Of a stretch of DNA of 64,000 nucleotides, positions 62,642-64,000 are shown piece after piece (the stretch's first letter is position 1; the number at the start of each line of letters is the position of its first letter). The notes under the pieces were generated by a model. The model saw only the letters and a program-made list of their open reading frames with translations, was not told the origin of the DNA and searched no databases. The stretch covers positions 8,259 through 72,258 of the forward strand of contig DIMA01000018.1 in NCBI GenBank assembly GCA_002425325.1, given 5' to 3'. The stretch is from Bacillales bacterium UBA5578. Lineage in GTDB: Bacteria > Bacillota_I > Bacilli_A > RF39 > UBA660. Made by a program: the position numbers and the translations under genes.

Positions 62642-63495
62642 TGATATATAATAGACAAACAAAGAAACTAATAGATGATAAAACTTCTATTAGTTTAAAA
62701 TTTTTATATAATACCTTATTAGGTAGATTAATATTAAAGCTAGTTACAAATAGCTTTTTTAGTAACTTGATAGGTATTTATATGAGAAGTTCTTTATCAA
62801 AACTAAAAATTAAAAAATTTATTAAGAAAAATAATATTAATATGGATGAATATGTTAATGCTAAATATAAGAATTTTGATAGTTTTTTTACTAGAAAGAT
62901 TAAAGAAGGAAAAAGAATATTAAGTAATAATAATTATGATTTAATATCACCATGTGATGGTAAATTATTAGTATATAAAATTGATAATGATTTAAAATTA
63001 AATATTAAGAATAGTATATATACTATAAATGAATTATTAAGAAACGACTCATTAGCTCAACAATATAAAGATGGATATTGTTTAGTATATAGATTATGTG
63101 TTGACGATTATCATCATTATTCATATATAGATGATGGTAAAGTATTAAATAATAAAAGAATTAAAGGTATATTTCATACAGTTCAACCTATAGCGTTTAA
63201 AAAATACAAAGTATTTAATGAAAATAATAGAGAATATGAATTATTAAAAACAAAGAATTTTGGAAATATAATTCAAATGGAAATTGGAGCTTTAGGTGTT
63301 GGAAAAATAGTTAATAGAAATATTGAGGTATTTAAAAGAGGAGAAGAAAAAGGTTATTTTAGATTTGGTGGATCTACAATAGTCATATTATTTGAAAAAG
63401 ATAAAATTATAATAGATGAAGATATTTTAAATAATAGTAATAAAGATATTGAAACTATTGTTAAAATGTATGAAATTGTTGGAAGAAGGAAATAA
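62641..63495 (+). CDS. psd: Phosphatidylserine decarboxylase
   Basis: FFTR, SPCDG, RL...DYH, FGGST autocleavage motif. Confidence 0.92.
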   Translation: MIYNRQTKKLIDDKTSISLKFLYNTLLGRLILKLVTNSFFSNLIGIYMRSSLSKLKIKKFIKKNNINMDEYVNAKYKNFDSFFTRKIKEGKRILSNNNYDLISPCDGKLLVYKIDNDLKLNIKNSIYTINELLRNDSLAQQYKDGYCLVYRLCVDDYHHYSYIDDGKVLNNKRIKGIFHTVQPIAFKKYKVFNENNREYELLKTKNFGNIIQMEIGALGVGKIVNRNIEVFKRGEEKGYFRFGGSTIVILFEKDKIIIDEDILNNSNKDIETIVKMYEIVGRRK

Positions 63496-63497
63496 AT

Positions 63498-64000
63498 ATG
63501 ATTTTTAGAAAAGCAGTTTTAATCATTCATGGTTTTGCTGGTGGTACATATGATGAAGAACCATTATTTTTTAAATTACAAAATTATTTAGAATTTGATG
63601 TTTATAATTTTACATTACCAGGTCATAGTATTAACTTATCAAGTGATGTTAAATACGAAGATTGGATTAATTCAGTTGATGATAAGATAAATACTTTATT
63701 AAAACTAGGTTATAAAAAAATATACTTAGTAGGACATAGCATGGGTGGTGTTTTAGCTACACATGCCGCAATTAAATATCCACAAGTAGATAAAGTAGTT
63801 TTAGTAGCGCCTGCGTTTAATTACTTATCTATGACTGAAGAAAGTGATGTTGTAAAAGTATTAAAGAGTGCTACTGATGTAATAAAAACATATCAAGCTA
63901 AAGAAGTTGTATCTAGATTATTAAAAGTATCTGTAAATCAACTTAAAGAGTTCCAAGAACTAGTAAAAGTATCAAAGAATAATCCAAGTTTATTAACTCA
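63498..64000 (+). CDS. Alpha/beta hydrolase (carboxylesterase-like), 3'-truncated by window edge
   Basis: Not in the ORF track; own translation MIFRKAVLIIHGFAGG...LPGH...VGHSMGG. Confidence 0.85.
   Translation, partial: MIFRKAVLIIHGFAGGTYDEEPLFFKLQNYLEFDVYNFTLPGHSINLSSDVKYEDWINSVDDKINTLLKLGYKKIYLVGHSMGGVLATHAAIKYPQVDKVVLVAPAFNYLSMTEESDVVKVLKSATDVIKTYQAKEVVSRLLKVSVNQLKEFQELVKVSKNNPSLLT

Overview
Very AT-rich chromosomal segment using the standard genetic code (TGA = stop). Gene content (scpAB, spoVG, yabPQ, gerQ, prsW, U32 pair, L20 leader) points to a Bacillota/Bacilli organism; a reduced-genome, RF39-like gut lineage is my inference, not shown. Three zones. (1) 1631-7355: a ~5.7 kb integrative mobilizable element (large serine recombinase, MOBV relaxase, two unknown ORFs) inserted at the 3' end of tRNA-Leu(CAA), with att sites reconstructable from the sequence. 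(2) ~11300-41030: a ~30 kb, entirely plus-strand locus between scpA and rmuC-rnr. It joins a Tad/Flp pilus module (CpaB, TadA/CpaF, TadB, TadC, atypical pilins, TadZ-like) to a type IV secretion module (six VirB2/TrbC-like pilin paralogs, VirB6-, VirB3/PrgI-, VirB4-, VirD4-like). It also holds two double-domain cell-wall hydrolases, each followed by a paralogous lipoprotein, and Cys-rich surface proteins. I see no relaxase, integrase or replication gene in it. This is the best candidate for an undescribed system: a domesticated attachment/secretion machine. (3) 41100-64000: housekeeping genes plus an LRR-transglutaminase / HD-ART-like gene pair and an L20 with a Rho-N-like tail. All family calls come from motif recognition by eye; no searches were run.
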